Below are positions 1-11,477 of a DNA stretch of 64,000 bases, one piece after another (position 1 is the first letter of the stretch; every line of letters begins with the position of its first letter). The notes beneath the pieces were generated by a model. The model was not told the DNA's origin, made no database searches, and saw nothing but the letters and a program-made list of their open reading frames with translations. Origin of the DNA: Adineta vaga (lineage: Eukaryota; Animalia; Rotifera); contig CP075494.1 in the NCBI GenBank assembly GCA_021613535.1, positions 1,674,001 through 1,738,000 on the forward strand, read 5' to 3'. The position numbers and the translations under genes are program-made.

Positions 1-26
1 TTGAAAAGATTTATATTGTTATACCG

Positions 27-1327
27 ATATCTATAGTTTTTGTTTCTGATGTTGCAGGTCGAGTTGTCGTAGTTGTTTCTATACATGAAAAATAGTTTTA
101 TTTACCATAACGAGTTGGTGTGAGTAAAAGAATCGAACATTGGATTCTAAGATCAATATCAATGAGATCATAGTTCGGACGAAGTACATGTCTGTTATTT
201 ATCTATGGAAATGATAATGATGCGTGAAATTCAGTCTATCGAGTTTAGAAAAATGATTTTCAAAAAAAGTTGTCACAATTTAGATTCGAAGAAAAAGATC
301 TGAGTGAAAATTTTGTATGATTGAAATATGAATCAAGAAATAAGCCCTTTTATTCAAAGAAAAATATATTTAATAAATCATTTCAAATCAATATTATTTT
401 ATAAGTCTCCATTTGTTTATGAACATGTGTTTTTCTTCTATTCGTTCCTCAAATCTACAATAAATATTATATAATCGAAGTCGTATTTATCACGTTCTAC
501 AATGATGAATTGTGTAGATATCTTTAAATTTATGGAAAAGTACTACAAATTCAAGAATTGATTTCTCAATAAAATATTTTTTATAATTTTCAGAAGTTTG
601 TTTCACTATGTTCTCTAATTTATCATGCCGCAAATACGATCGAATTGTGTATTTAATTGTTCCTATGTTACATAAAACTGTTATCTAATATTCTATGGAT
701 AAGAAAAGTATACTAACCTGCTGACCAAAAAGTAGATTGTCGAGGTGATTCAGCACGTAATTCAATATCATCAATCGCTATATCATTTCCTTTATCTCCT
801 GCAACTTGTGAATTCATTAACAAAATGACCGAGCTGTGTGATGCTACAAATGAAAGACCATATTTCGACCAAGTCATATTTGTGCACCGAAGAATATCGC
901 CCGTAATGTTTTCTTCAAGTAAACTATTGTTGATTGCTAATCGAACTTCAAAGCGAACATTTGGTCCAAGAGAATTCTTTTTTTTGGCATAAATATTTGC
1001 CAAATATGCAGAAAAGTGATAACGTTGACCAACAATCAGATCAGTGACATTATACTTAAAAAGCATAGGATTCTTTTCACCCGCATAATCCACAAGAAAC
1101 ATATAGCCGTTGGTCTCGTTTGGTGTGTGATCTGATGCATTACTGCGCCACTCTTTATGAGTGGAAGGAACTGCATTTGCAAAACTAAATGTTCCAATAG
1201 CGTCATTAGGTCCAAAGTTTTGCGTAAGATTTGTAGTGAAATTGAAATAAGAAGGTGTTTTGTTAGAGTATTGATTTGAACCAGACTCAAATGTAATTAA
1301 GAAAGATGATGGATGATTAGTTGTTCC
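27..1327 (-). CDS. Internal exons of a gene encoding a Bacteroidetes-like lectin/beta-sandwich domain followed by a Thr-rich segment; gene runs off the window start
   Basis: ORF 713..1369 has GYMFLVD...YHFSAYLANI...PNVRFEV...W..YG..F.A...GNDIAIDDIELR motifs. Acceptor near 1328, donor CAG|GTTAG near 717, small exon ETTTTTRPATSETKTIDI at ~27-80. The 5' exon was not located. Confidence 0.6.
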
Positions 1328-1575
1328 TTGAATAAAATATAAATGAATAGATTTTAAAAAAAGAATCAATAAAATATTTTTGTTAAATATAAATTATATT
1401 ATTCTACAATACAAAACTAATATGTTGCTCAAATCATTTCCTCAAAATAAAACAAGATTAAATATTTGTTCAACTGATATTTTATTCTTTCTGATTTCTC
1501 TTTTATTATTCGATATGTTATCCGAAAGTTATGTGTACTGAAAAAAGTGTATGAGATAGAAGATATAGAAAAATA

Positions 1576-1770
1576 TCAGTATTTTTTCAATAACTCAGCA
1601 ATTATTAGTTCGTCCAGCTAGGTTCATCTACCAATTCGAGCGAGATATTGATGAGACGACTACATGCACAACATTTCAGCTCAATCGAATGTATTTTTGA
1701 AGAGTTATTGAATTAAACGGCCGGCCGGACATACTAACCGATTCTAATAGTGTACTCACTTTTTGTGAAT
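1576..1770 (-). repeat. Non-autonomous Helitron/Helentron-like dispersed repeat (copy 1)
   Basis: Reverse complement GTCTCATCAATATCTCGCTCGAATTGGTAGATG...GCTGAGTTATTGAAAAAATACTGA matches 56629-56706 and 58138-58210; CGGCCGGCCGGAC microrepeat present. The class assignment is an inference. Confidence 0.5.
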
Positions 1771-2414
1771 CGAAGATATGTATAATAATCACATGTTATG
1801 AAGAAAAAGTGTTTTTATTGAATATTTACCTGATATGAAATTGATCAGAAATAGAAGAATTAATTGTTTAGAACTCAAATTCTTCAATAACATTATTTCT
1901 CTTTAACAGACAAATGATTTTTTTCTCATTAATAATATTTCAAAAAAAATCTATATTTTTCTAAATTTAGTCAAATGTTATTTCTAAAAATATAGAAATC
2001 AAGATCTTTTTATTCAATTAAGAAAGCACGTTTATTTATTTGATTTTATCAAGACCTATTAGATATCGTCATTAAGATTTTACTTTGAATAGAATGACGT
2101 ACATTCTTTCTCTCTTTGTTAACTTACGTATGTCAATAATTATCTATTAACAAATATTAAAAAAAGATCAATAATAATCTATAAAATCTAAGTTGACAAT
2201 TAAAGTCACAAAAGAACGTGTTTTTTAATGTTCTATTAGTGTATTTATTATTTGCATCATATTTCGGGATACTCATCGAACTAAAAGTACGTACTATAAA
2301 GACTTGAAGAAAAACTTTTTGTTGATGTGATCATGTTTTATTCAACGTAAATTATTGGAAATTCGACCTTTAATGCGAATAAAGCTTCGAATTTCATACA
2401 CTCGAGATTCATGT

Positions 2415-3481
2415 TCATGGATTAATTCGATTCATTCGTTGTCTTGGAATAATCAACGCAAACAATTCTCGACGAAAACTCGGTGCTGTTAATGTATAAA
2501 CATAAAAACTCATCTGAAATATTCGGAAAATATCAAATGAAAATGTATCAAATAAAAAGAAAATGTCTTACTGCATTAAATATATAAGTTCCAAAAGCAC
2601 CTGTTGCTACTATCGCTAAACTTTCTGCAGCATTTCGATATGATGTTCTCATTGATGGTGGATCATATTGTGTTATTGATAAATAAACAAAATTACAGAC
2701 AAATGGAAGTGCTGTTACAATATATAAAATAACTTGTCCAATTAACATTGCTGAAAGTTGAATATCTCGTTTCCGAAGATGAATCTATGAAAATTTCTTT
2801 AAAAAAATCAATTAATTTATAGAAAAGATTTACTCTTTGTTGAGGAAATCTTTTCACATTTTGTTTTAATCTCCATATAATTAATCCACTAAATAAACTC
2901 ATCAATAAAGTTGGAATTCCAAAATTAAATACAAATAAAACCGTCGTATCAATAATTCTTCCAATTGTTGAATTCAACGTACAATTATTTGTTGAAGAAA
3001 TTGTATCATAAACAATTAAAACATATATTGATAAACAAAGACAAAGAAATATAATAAGAACAATAAGTTTCAATGCAATTTTTGTTTGACAAAACGATCG
3101 ATGTTGAACATTTTGTGAACATAAAAGAAATCGATCAAAACATGCTAAGACAACACAAGCTCGACTAAGCAATTGACATGTAGTTAAAAGATAATATCGT
3201 GTTTTACAAAGAATTGAATTGTATCCAATTGGATAATAATTTGTAAAAAATCCCAACATTCCAATAAATAATCCCCAAGTTAAACAAAATAAATTTGCCC
3301 ATGAACTTGTATGAAAATATATTGCACAAGAATTTGTTCGCATAGGCTGACGAAGAAATATGCAAATATTTAATAAACAACCAATCGTTCCGAGAGTAAA
3401 TAAGATTGGTTGACCAATTTGTTGAATTCCAATACGAGCAGATATTAATCGAACAACAGATGAATCAATTGTTGTATTCAT
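2415..3481 (-). CDS. Rhodopsin-like (class A) GPCR, 3 exons
   Basis: GTIGCLLN (TM1), LACFDRF (DRY-like), FYVYTLTAPSFR (TM7/H8). Introns at ~2789-2833 and ~2515-2572 join the ORF pieces in frame. Confidence 0.85.
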
Positions 3482-4207
3482 TTTTTTTTCTTTTATACGG
3501 AAATGTCTTTATGAATTCTCTATGGAATATTCTATAGAGTATTATTTCTTTCGACACAAATTTCATACAAAATTCATTAGTATAAGTATCGCGGAAAGAT
3601 TCTCTTGAGTTAATCTTCGAAATATTTCAAAGAAGAATTTCATTATCAAACAAGATGTTATTTAATTATACTTATTCTACTAGAAAAATCTGAAATTCTA
3701 AGCAGATAAATTAATTATTAACAATAATATACTCCAGTCCTCGAGCTCTGATTGAAATTTTGTAAAAGATTGTTTAGAGTATGGGTTCGGGAAACGCAGA
3801 GACGGGACACATCCACATCCAGCCATCAAATATATCAACAATGTCTTCTGTTAATTGACATAACATTTGTTTATTCGCTTTTGAAAGGTAATGGTTAGAG
3901 AGTTTTAGATGAATGTAAATTGTTCCTGAAATTAACGAGTGATAAAAATGTTTTATCTTTCTACAGAGGCGTTATATCAAGCTTCTGAGAACAGAACGTG
4001 AGTGTCGTAGATGGGTTTTTTTTCCACAAATTATACTTACCATATGTCTGTTTTAACGTAAGCATATTTAATTAAGATTAGAGATATAGGCACGTCAAGA
4101 GACGATTCTTTTATACGGTATATTCTAGTTTCCATTTACTTACATTTTCTATATTTTCAGTCTCGTTTACAACAGGAAAGATACCTTGAAGAAAGAAGAA
4201 AAACGAA

Positions 4208-7200
4208 ATGAATAAAATATTCATTATATTGATAATTCAATCCTTGTATTCGATAACAAGAAGTCAATTCAATTTATACAATACCGAAGAACATCGTACT
4301 GTGGGTAGTTTACATACGAATTGCTTACGTCATTATAGTCATAAAGATTGGAATTTTGCAGAATCAGTTGAATATTGTATCGATTCAATGGATAGCAATG
4401 ATGTTATGATTGAACCATTTCCTAATACAATCAATGGAAATCTTACATTCGATCAATTACGTCAACTAAATATAAACACACAAGATCTCATATCATGGTC
4501 TGCATCGATTGATTTAGCCGAACGATATCAATTCTATATTGAAAAACAAGAAAATTCAACGATATCGAATGAAATCTTCTTCAATTGTACAAAACCATGG
4601 TTTGGATCTCGATGTCAATATTCATTTGGTTTAGGTTCAACGTATGCGTTTGAAGATATTGTACGTAAAACATTTTCAAAGAAATTCTTTTCTAGTCCAC
4701 CTTATCTCGTTACTAATTTAACGTGTTATATTTATTTAAAATGTGATCGTGGAAATTCGATGATGTGTCTTGATTGGCGTGAAATTTGTGATGGACGAAT
4801 TGATTGTATTGATGGAGGTGCAGATGAAAAAGAATGTTTTATTTTAGAAATCAATGAATGTAATGAAGATGAATATCGATGTCATAATGGATTATGTATA
4901 CCTAAAGATTTTTTTCATGATAAATATCCGGAATGCCTTGATAAATCAGATCTCAAAGATGGACCGTCTGATTATACAAAAGCTGGTTATGTAAGTATAT
5001 TCGGATTTGAAGAACATTCATGTCTATCAGGTTACAAACAATTTCAATGTGGAGATGGACGATGCGTAGCAGATTTTGATGAATGTCTCACTAAACGACA
5101 TTTATTATTGTATGATTCGATAAGTCAACAAGGAAATCTATCATATGATTGCTGGTCAATGATAATTTGTCTGACTAAAATTTATAATCAAATTAATGGT
5201 ATATTATGTCAAAAAATCTTAGAAACATCAAATATTCATCACAAATCGCAAAATTGTGATCCTATTATTCAGTTTCCAATCGTTCCTGTACTTTTTGGTC
5301 ATGTACGTTTCTTATATACAATGAATAACATTTTCGATATTGATCATAATTTAGCATTTATACCTAATTATATCTGTTATGATAGTGAATTATGTGATTT
5401 TCTTCAACCAACATTTCATTATGGAATTTACAGTTGTCGAGAGAGTTATGGTATGGTGTTTAATTCGACTAGAATATTTCGAACATGGTCTTCAATTATT
5501 AGTGTAGTTGAACCTTTTTTTCGTAAATGTTCGATACGATACAAGAGTGAAAATACTTCTCAAGAACTATATGCAAACATGTATTGTTGTAGAAATTCTT
5601 CAAAATGTATTTCAAAACATCATCTTGTCGATCATATTTCAGATTGTTATTTAAATGATGATGAAGAAGAATACGAAAGTAGTTGTTTACTTAACCATGC
5701 AGGACGTTTCAAATGTGATAAAGAAAACAATACATGTTATTCATCAATAGTATCTAGAAATATCTGTCCTCCACGATATCAACTTAATTTCGATGAAATA
5801 AATATTCATCATATATGTGATCGAGATGTTCAAATGTTGTCGGTGCTTATTCATGGACAAAATCATACTGATGAAACTGAATGTGAACATTATCCATGTA
5901 ATAATATGTATACGCGATGTGATGGTTTTTGGAGTTGTCCAGATGGAGAAGATGAAGAAAATTGTACAACAAACCGACACATATGTCCATTAAAATCTCT
6001 TGCTTGTGTATCGCCAATGAATTATTCATTGATATGTTTGTCAGCTCATCGAATTAATGATAAACGTATTGATTGTCTTGGATCAGCAGATGAACTTCAT
6101 TATTGTCGACAAAATATTAAACATGGAAATTACTATCATGGATTTCGATGTTGGAATGGTAGTGAATGTTTAGGATTTGTAGATCTTTGCAATAAACGAC
6201 AGGATTGTAAGTTCAATGACGACGAATTATTTTGTGGAAATTACCAAGAATCCTGTGAAGGATGTCAGTATATCAATTGTACTAATGTGACTGAAACCCT
6301 TTGTCATATAACTATTCTTGGTGGAGTAACATTCTCATTGAAAACGGTACCAAAATATCCGCCGTCTCCTAAACAAAGAAGAATCGAACACATTTCTCAA
6401 CCACAATCCCAAAATTTACATAGTGTTGTAAAAGTGATCACACAAGAACCATATGATCGTACATGGCCATGGCGTTGTAATAAAGGTATTTATGTTAGCG
6501 TCTGGCCTGGAACTAATTCTTCGAATTATCGATGTCTTTGTCCACCACCGTACTATGGGAATCTTTGTCAATATCAAAATCAACGTGTTAGTCTTACAGC
6601 AAAAGTAACTCTGTTTGATAGGAAAAATGTCTATGCACTTATTTTTACTTTGATTGGCGAAGATGGTGATCGTGAAGAAATCAATTCTTACCATGAATTA
6701 ATATTAGTCAGTAAACGAGGTTGTCAACCTGTTCAAAACATATATCTCACTTATTCGACACGTCCAAAAAATAATTCTATGAATTACAGTATTCATGTTG
6801 ATATCTATGAAAAAATTCATTTAGAATATCTTGCTAGTTGGTATTTTCCAGTTCCCTTCTCATTTTTACCGAATAATCGAATGAGTATCATCTTAGCTAT
6901 ATCAAATAATGAACCATATCGTCCTAAATTTTGTACTTTAAAATGTCGTAATGGCGAATGCATGAAATATATTAACAAAAACAAGATGTTTTGTCGATGT
7001 CATAGAGGTTGGAGTGGTACTCAATGTGATATTCCCATTCACTGTAATGATTGTTCAACTGATTCAATGTGTATTGGTATGATTCATAATCGATCAATAT
7101 GTTTTTGTCGAATTGATAGAGGAGGTCCACGATGTTTACTTCCACTCTCATGTCCAAGTCAATTCTGTGAAAATAATGGTTCTTGTTTTTTAGTTAATGA

Positions 7201-8848
7201 TGTTTTACATGCAAAAGGTTTTGTATGTAATTGTACCGAAGAATTTACGGGAACCTTCTGTCAAATTGTGAAATCAAGACTTGAAGTGTCTCTTGATAAT
7301 TTACGATTTTCGTCGTCAATTATTCTATTTTATATCTTTAATTATATCGGTGGTATTTTACGTTTCGAACAAATGGAACAGATTGTTATACCACAACAAA
7401 TGAAAATGTTTCAAAAAACTACAATAATACGTTTAATAAACAAATTTCAAATGATATTTATTAATGTTGATGGAAATTTTTATCTGATTGTTCTTCAACA
7501 AGATGAACAAGAGAATATCACTACATCAGTTAATCCTTCTCAACGATGTTCATTTATCAATGAACTTTTGAATTCATCATTAGTAAATTTACATCAAATT
7601 CGACGAATGAAATATTATCCTATGATATGTCAAATTCATCTTTCTCTACAGTGTTTTTTTGATGATCCATATATGTGTTTATGTACTATTGATCGATTTG
7701 CTAATTGTCTGAAACTTAATTCTACTCCTCCTATATGTCGACATACTATTTACTGTGAGAATGGTGGACGCTGTTTGAACGATGATTCTTTATGTCCAGA
7801 ATCGACGATTTGTGATTGTACTGATTGTTATTTTGGCGATCGTTGTCAATTCTATGCTAAAGGAATTGGATTAACATTAGATGATATTTTACGTTATGAG
7901 ATTCAACCTAACATAAACTTATTTAATCAACCAAATTTTGTAAAATATTGTGCAATATTAATAATAATTATGTTTCTTACTGGTTTGATTAATAGCACTT
8001 TAACTGTTTTGACATTTCGTATGGAAAATTCTCGAGAAGTTGGTTGTGGACTATATCTTCTTGCATCATCAGTCACATCATTTCTTACAGTGTTCATGTT
8101 GTCATTGAAATTTTGCTTTCTTCTATTCACTCAAATGAATCCAACTGTTAATAATTCTCTTGTTTATGGAGGATGTCGATCTTTAGAATTTATTCTGAAA
8201 GTTTGTCTCTATACAGATAGCTGGCTGAATGCATCTATTGCTCTAGAACGTCTAATGACTGTAAAGATAGGAGTTAGTTTTAACAAACTATTGAGTAAAC
8301 GCATTGCAAGATGGACAATATTATTCTTACCATTTGTGATTATGGTATCTGTTATTCATGAACCAATCTATCGAAATCTCTTTGAAGATAAATATGAAGA
8401 ACGTCGATGGTGTTTATTTCTTTATTCACGTTCTCTTCATACTTACCATGTATTAATTTCACTTTTTCATCTACTTGGACCATTCAGTGCCAATCTTTTT
8501 TCGACTATTTTCATTATTATTTATACTGCTCGACAACGAAGAGCATTGCAATCAAAAATTTCATATAGAGAACATCAATGGCAACAATTTATGGCACACA
8601 AACATCTTATTATCAGTTCAATCATTCTAACAATTCTTTCAACACCTCGTATTATAATTGCATTCTTATCAGGATGTGTAAAAGCATCTTATAACCCTCA
8701 AGTATATGCTGCAGGTTATTTCATATCGTTCGTACCATCCATTAGTATTTTTATAGTATTTGTAATGCCATCAGATTTTTACAAAGAGCAATTCAAAAAA
8801 TCTGTTAAAAATGGAGTAAACTTTATCATTCATCGTAATATTAACTAA
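4208..8848 (+). CDS. LDL-receptor class A repeat / EGF-like / 7TM receptor (1546 aa, intronless)
   Basis: Signal peptide, several LDLa repeats (CLDWREICDGRIDC, CDGFWSCPDGEDE), EGF repeats, C-terminal rhodopsin-like 7TM (IALERL). Confidence 0.9.
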   Translation: MNKIFIILIIQSLYSITRSQFNLYNTEEHRTVGSLHTNCLRHYSHKDWNFAESVEYCIDSMDSNDVMIEPFPNTINGNLTFDQLRQLNINTQDLISWSASIDLAERYQFYIEKQENSTISNEIFFNCTKPWFGSRCQYSFGLGSTYAFEDIVRKTFSKKFFSSPPYLVTNLTCYIYLKCDRGNSMMCLDWREICDGRIDCIDGGADEKECFILEINECNEDEYRCHNGLCIPKDFFHDKYPECLDKSDLKDGPSDYTKAGYVSIFGFEEHSCLSGYKQFQCGDGRCVADFDECLTKRHLLLYDSISQQGNLSYDCWSMIICLTKIYNQINGILCQKILETSNIHHKSQNCDPIIQFPIVPVLFGHVRFLYTMNNIFDIDHNLAFIPNYICYDSELCDFLQPTFHYGIYSCRESYGMVFNSTRIFRTWSSIISVVEPFFRKCSIRYKSENTSQELYANMYCCRNSSKCISKHHLVDHISDCYLNDDEEEYESSCLLNHAGRFKCDKENNTCYSSIVSRNICPPRYQLNFDEINIHHICDRDVQMLSVLIHGQNHTDETECEHYPCNNMYTRCDGFWSCPDGEDEENCTTNRHICPLKSLACVSPMNYSLICLSAHRINDKRIDCLGSADELHYCRQNIKHGNYYHGFRCWNGSECLGFVDLCNKRQDCKFNDDELFCGNYQESCEGCQYINCTNVTETLCHITILGGVTFSLKTVPKYPPSPKQRRIEHISQPQSQNLHSVVKVITQEPYDRTWPWRCNKGIYVSVWPGTNSSNYRCLCPPPYYGNLCQYQNQRVSLTAKVTLFDRKNVYALIFTLIGEDGDREEINSYHELILVSKRGCQPVQNIYLTYSTRPKNNSMNYSIHVDIYEKIHLEYLASWYFPVPFSFLPNNRMSIILAISNNEPYRPKFCTLKCRNGECMKYINKNKMFCRCHRGWSGTQCDIPIHCNDCSTDSMCIGMIHNRSICFCRIDRGGPRCLLPLSCPSQFCENNGSCFLVNDVLHAKGFVCNCTEEFTGTFCQIVKSRLEVSLDNLRFSSSIILFYIFNYIGGILRFEQMEQIVIPQQMKMFQKTTIIRLINKFQMIFINVDGNFYLIVLQQDEQENITTSVNPSQRCSFINELLNSSLVNLHQIRRMKYYPMICQIHLSLQCFFDDPYMCLCTIDRFANCLKLNSTPPICRHTIYCENGGRCLNDDSLCPESTICDCTDCYFGDRCQFYAKGIGLTLDDILRYEIQPNINLFNQPNFVKYCAILIIIMFLTGLINSTLTVLTFRMENSREVGCGLYLLASSVTSFLTVFMLSLKFCFLLFTQMNPTVNNSLVYGGCRSLEFILKVCLYTDSWLNASIALERLMTVKIGVSFNKLLSKRIARWTILFLPFVIMVSVIHEPIYRNLFEDKYEERRWCLFLYSRSLHTYHVLISLFHLLGPFSANLFSTIFIIIYTARQRRALQSKISYREHQWQQFMAHKHLIISSIILTILSTPRIIIAFLSGCVKASYNPQVYAAGYFISFVPSISIFIVFVMPSDFYKEQFKKSVKNGVNFIIHRNIN

Positions 8849-8925
8849 AGAAAAGTGTCTGAATTGAACAGATCAATTGTATATTTAATGTATGTTGTTT
8901 TTCCTAAAATAAAAAATCGAAAACC

Positions 8926-9341
8926 AGGGTGTGGGTATGAGTGTGGGTAGTAAAAGAATACTATTTGTACCTATGAGATGTTTACTTTTCTTAAATAGAA
9001 CGATCTACAATGGAAAACAAATAACTTATCAACAATACTACCACCACTCCCCACCCAATATCTTCCAACTTTGCAACCAAATCTGTTACACGTTAAACTT
9101 TCGAATTCCAACTTTGTAAAAATATTTCACTGTTCCTTTTCTCTCTTTTTAATTTTTATCCAGCGTGTAAAATAAACATACGCATCCTTTTGGTTCACCA
9201 TAACAACTAATCGAAAACAAATATTTTCCTCCATTTCTTATAAAAAAAACGAATCATCCATATAATGCCATAAATATAATTAGCACAACTACGATAAAAC
9301 TGGTTATGTTAGCTTAACACCCACACCCACACCCTCAAGAT
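8926..9341. repeat. Telomere-repeat palindrome, long-spacer form (arms 8926-8948 and 9317-9341)
   Basis: AGGGTGTGGGTATGAGTGTGGGT...ACACCCACACCCACACCCTCAAGAT, with ~370 bp between the arms. Confidence 0.6.
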
Positions 9342-10844
9342 TTACATTTCGTGGAAAAATTCACTAGTCAAAATTATGTATATTGAAGATTCAGTTTGTT
9401 TTCTTTGTTCTTCAAGAATATAAATTGACTTGAGATAATCATCATCATCATTGTATTCATCTTGACGAGCTTCCAACAATTCCATTCGATCACCAAATAC
9501 AGCCAACTGACGATCAATAAAATCATTATGTTTTGTATATAAAAAATGACGCCAAAATGGATTTTGTTGTATATAATCAATCAGTATATTTGGCATATTC
9601 TTTTCCTTTTCATTTTCAATATCTTTAACAGCTTGTTTAACTGCTTGTTCAGTTGCTTTCGATACACTCGAATAGGACATGACAATTGTATTGATTTCAA
9701 TAGGCATATTCAATGTATTATGTGGAGAAGTGTTGAAACCTAGAACAGTTTCGACAGATTCTGCTTCATCTAGCATTCAATTTCCATTTTGAATATGTAT
9801 TTGATTAAGATATTCCAAAGTTTTTTCTTGTAAACGATGAAAATGAAACATACGTTCGACATGAGAATAAATTTTTTCTTTGGATAAAATACCTTGATAA
9901 ACTTCTTCTTCTAAATATTTACATTCCATATCAAATACAGAAAATAAAATACGATTATGACATGTTGATATATGTTCTTCAGCACATGAAAAACAACGTT
10001 GTCGTAAACCTGAATCTTTAGTCATAGCATTTAATAAGCAAGTCAATCGTTGGGAAAAATATTCTCTTTGATGTAAAACCTCGCCAGCCAAAACAATAGC
10101 AGCAAGTTTATATAACCATATTTTAAAACACTCAGCATTGGTTTCTTCTTTAAATGAACACCATTTCTGAGCGAATATTTTAGAAAAATATTCAAACGGG
10201 ATAGACATCATATGTTCTTGTTGATCTAAATATCGACCAAGAGTTACTCGTGGAATAAACCATAGACTTTGTGGAAGTTGATCAACATCCAAAGGATTAC
10301 CGCTTAAAACCAACTCTCCTAAACATTCCAGATGTCCCAAATATTTAGGTACTGTTCTTAAAGAATTATTTGCTAGATTGAGCAATTCAAGTTTTATCAA
10401 TGATTGAAGTGAATCACCCAAATCTATCAATTGATTATCTGATATATTTATTAACCGTAATTTTTGTAGTGTCACAAGTTGTGAAGGAAATTCAGTGAAG
10501 TTATTACTTCCTAAATGTATGAATTCAAGCTTATGAAGTCGTACTATGGCAGCAGGTAATGTTTTTAATTGAAGATCTGATAGATCAAGACGTGTCTGAT
10601 CTTGTAAGAAATGATTTTCAAATCTTTCCATTGCCTCATCTTTGCGGAAGCCAACATCCCAAGAAGCTAAAACTTCTCGAAAATTTCCTAGATTAAGTGC
10701 TTCCAAATCGTCAATAAGTAACATGGATATCAGCTGAATATTAAGCGATGCAGGCGTATCAGTCAGATCTTCTATAGTGTTGTTGGGAATATCATCAGCT
10801 GGAATAATAGAAGAAGATGAACATGCAAAGAAATAACTTAACAT
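9342..10844 (-). pseudogene. LRR + NEL (IpaH/SspH-type novel E3 ligase) protein with one in-frame TGA at 9777-9779
   Basis: LRRs (LDLSDLQLKTLP, LNLANNSLRTVP), then NEL motifs W..F..E.NA..F..WL.KL, LRQRCF..AEE..STCHNR and, after the stop in the same frame, ESVETVL.F...LNMP...MSY..VS...FWRHFL. Confidence 0.75.
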
Positions 10845-11203
10845 ATAAAAATAGTGAGAATATGACTTTATATATACATTAACAAAAAACGTTGTTTAAA
10901 GGAGATAAATATATCGGCGAAAGATTGTGTACGTATATATCAAATAAGTCAATAAAAACAAAATCATGTGATGTTGTTTTATGAATTATAATAATAACAT
11001 TATATTTAATGTAATATTCACAGATAAAAAGAATATGTTTCTTTCTTGTCTTTAACTTCTCATAAACTCTCATTCTGACTGAAAGAATAAAGATAATGAA
11101 AAATCTTCGAAATCGGAATTTCATTTTATGACACATTTTATTTATTCGACGAATATTATCTCCTACACATTCTCAAATTACGAAGTTTTACATTTGTTAC
11201 GTT

Positions 11204-11299
11204 GGTGTGGGTGTGGGTGTATTCTTTTATCTTCTACCACATCTACACCCACTCACCCACCCGCACCCACCCGCACTCACCTGCACCCACACCCACACC
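11204..11299. repeat. Telomere-repeat palindrome
   Basis: GGTGTGGGTGTGGGTGT-ATTCTTTTATCTTCT-...ACCCACACCCACACC. Confidence 0.75.
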
Positions 11300-11477
11300 G
11301 CTGTTTTGGCAAACGACGAGATGTTCGTCTTCAATGATAGTTTGTCAAACATGTTATTTTATCAAGATTTAATTATTTACACAAAAATTCTCAAAAAAAT
11401 CTTTTAATTTTCGAAGTAAAATATCAATCATGCAAGATAAGTACAAAACTATTCGTTGGATTTTCTACTTGAACACT

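Noticed and set aside
5744-8130. Short antisense ORFs within long genes (also in 19620-21001 and 62655-63429)
   Set aside because: Shadow ORFs arising from the codon bias of the real genes.
9777-9779. Selenocysteine codon
   Set aside because: The position is not a conserved Cys site and no SECIS-like structure was recognised.
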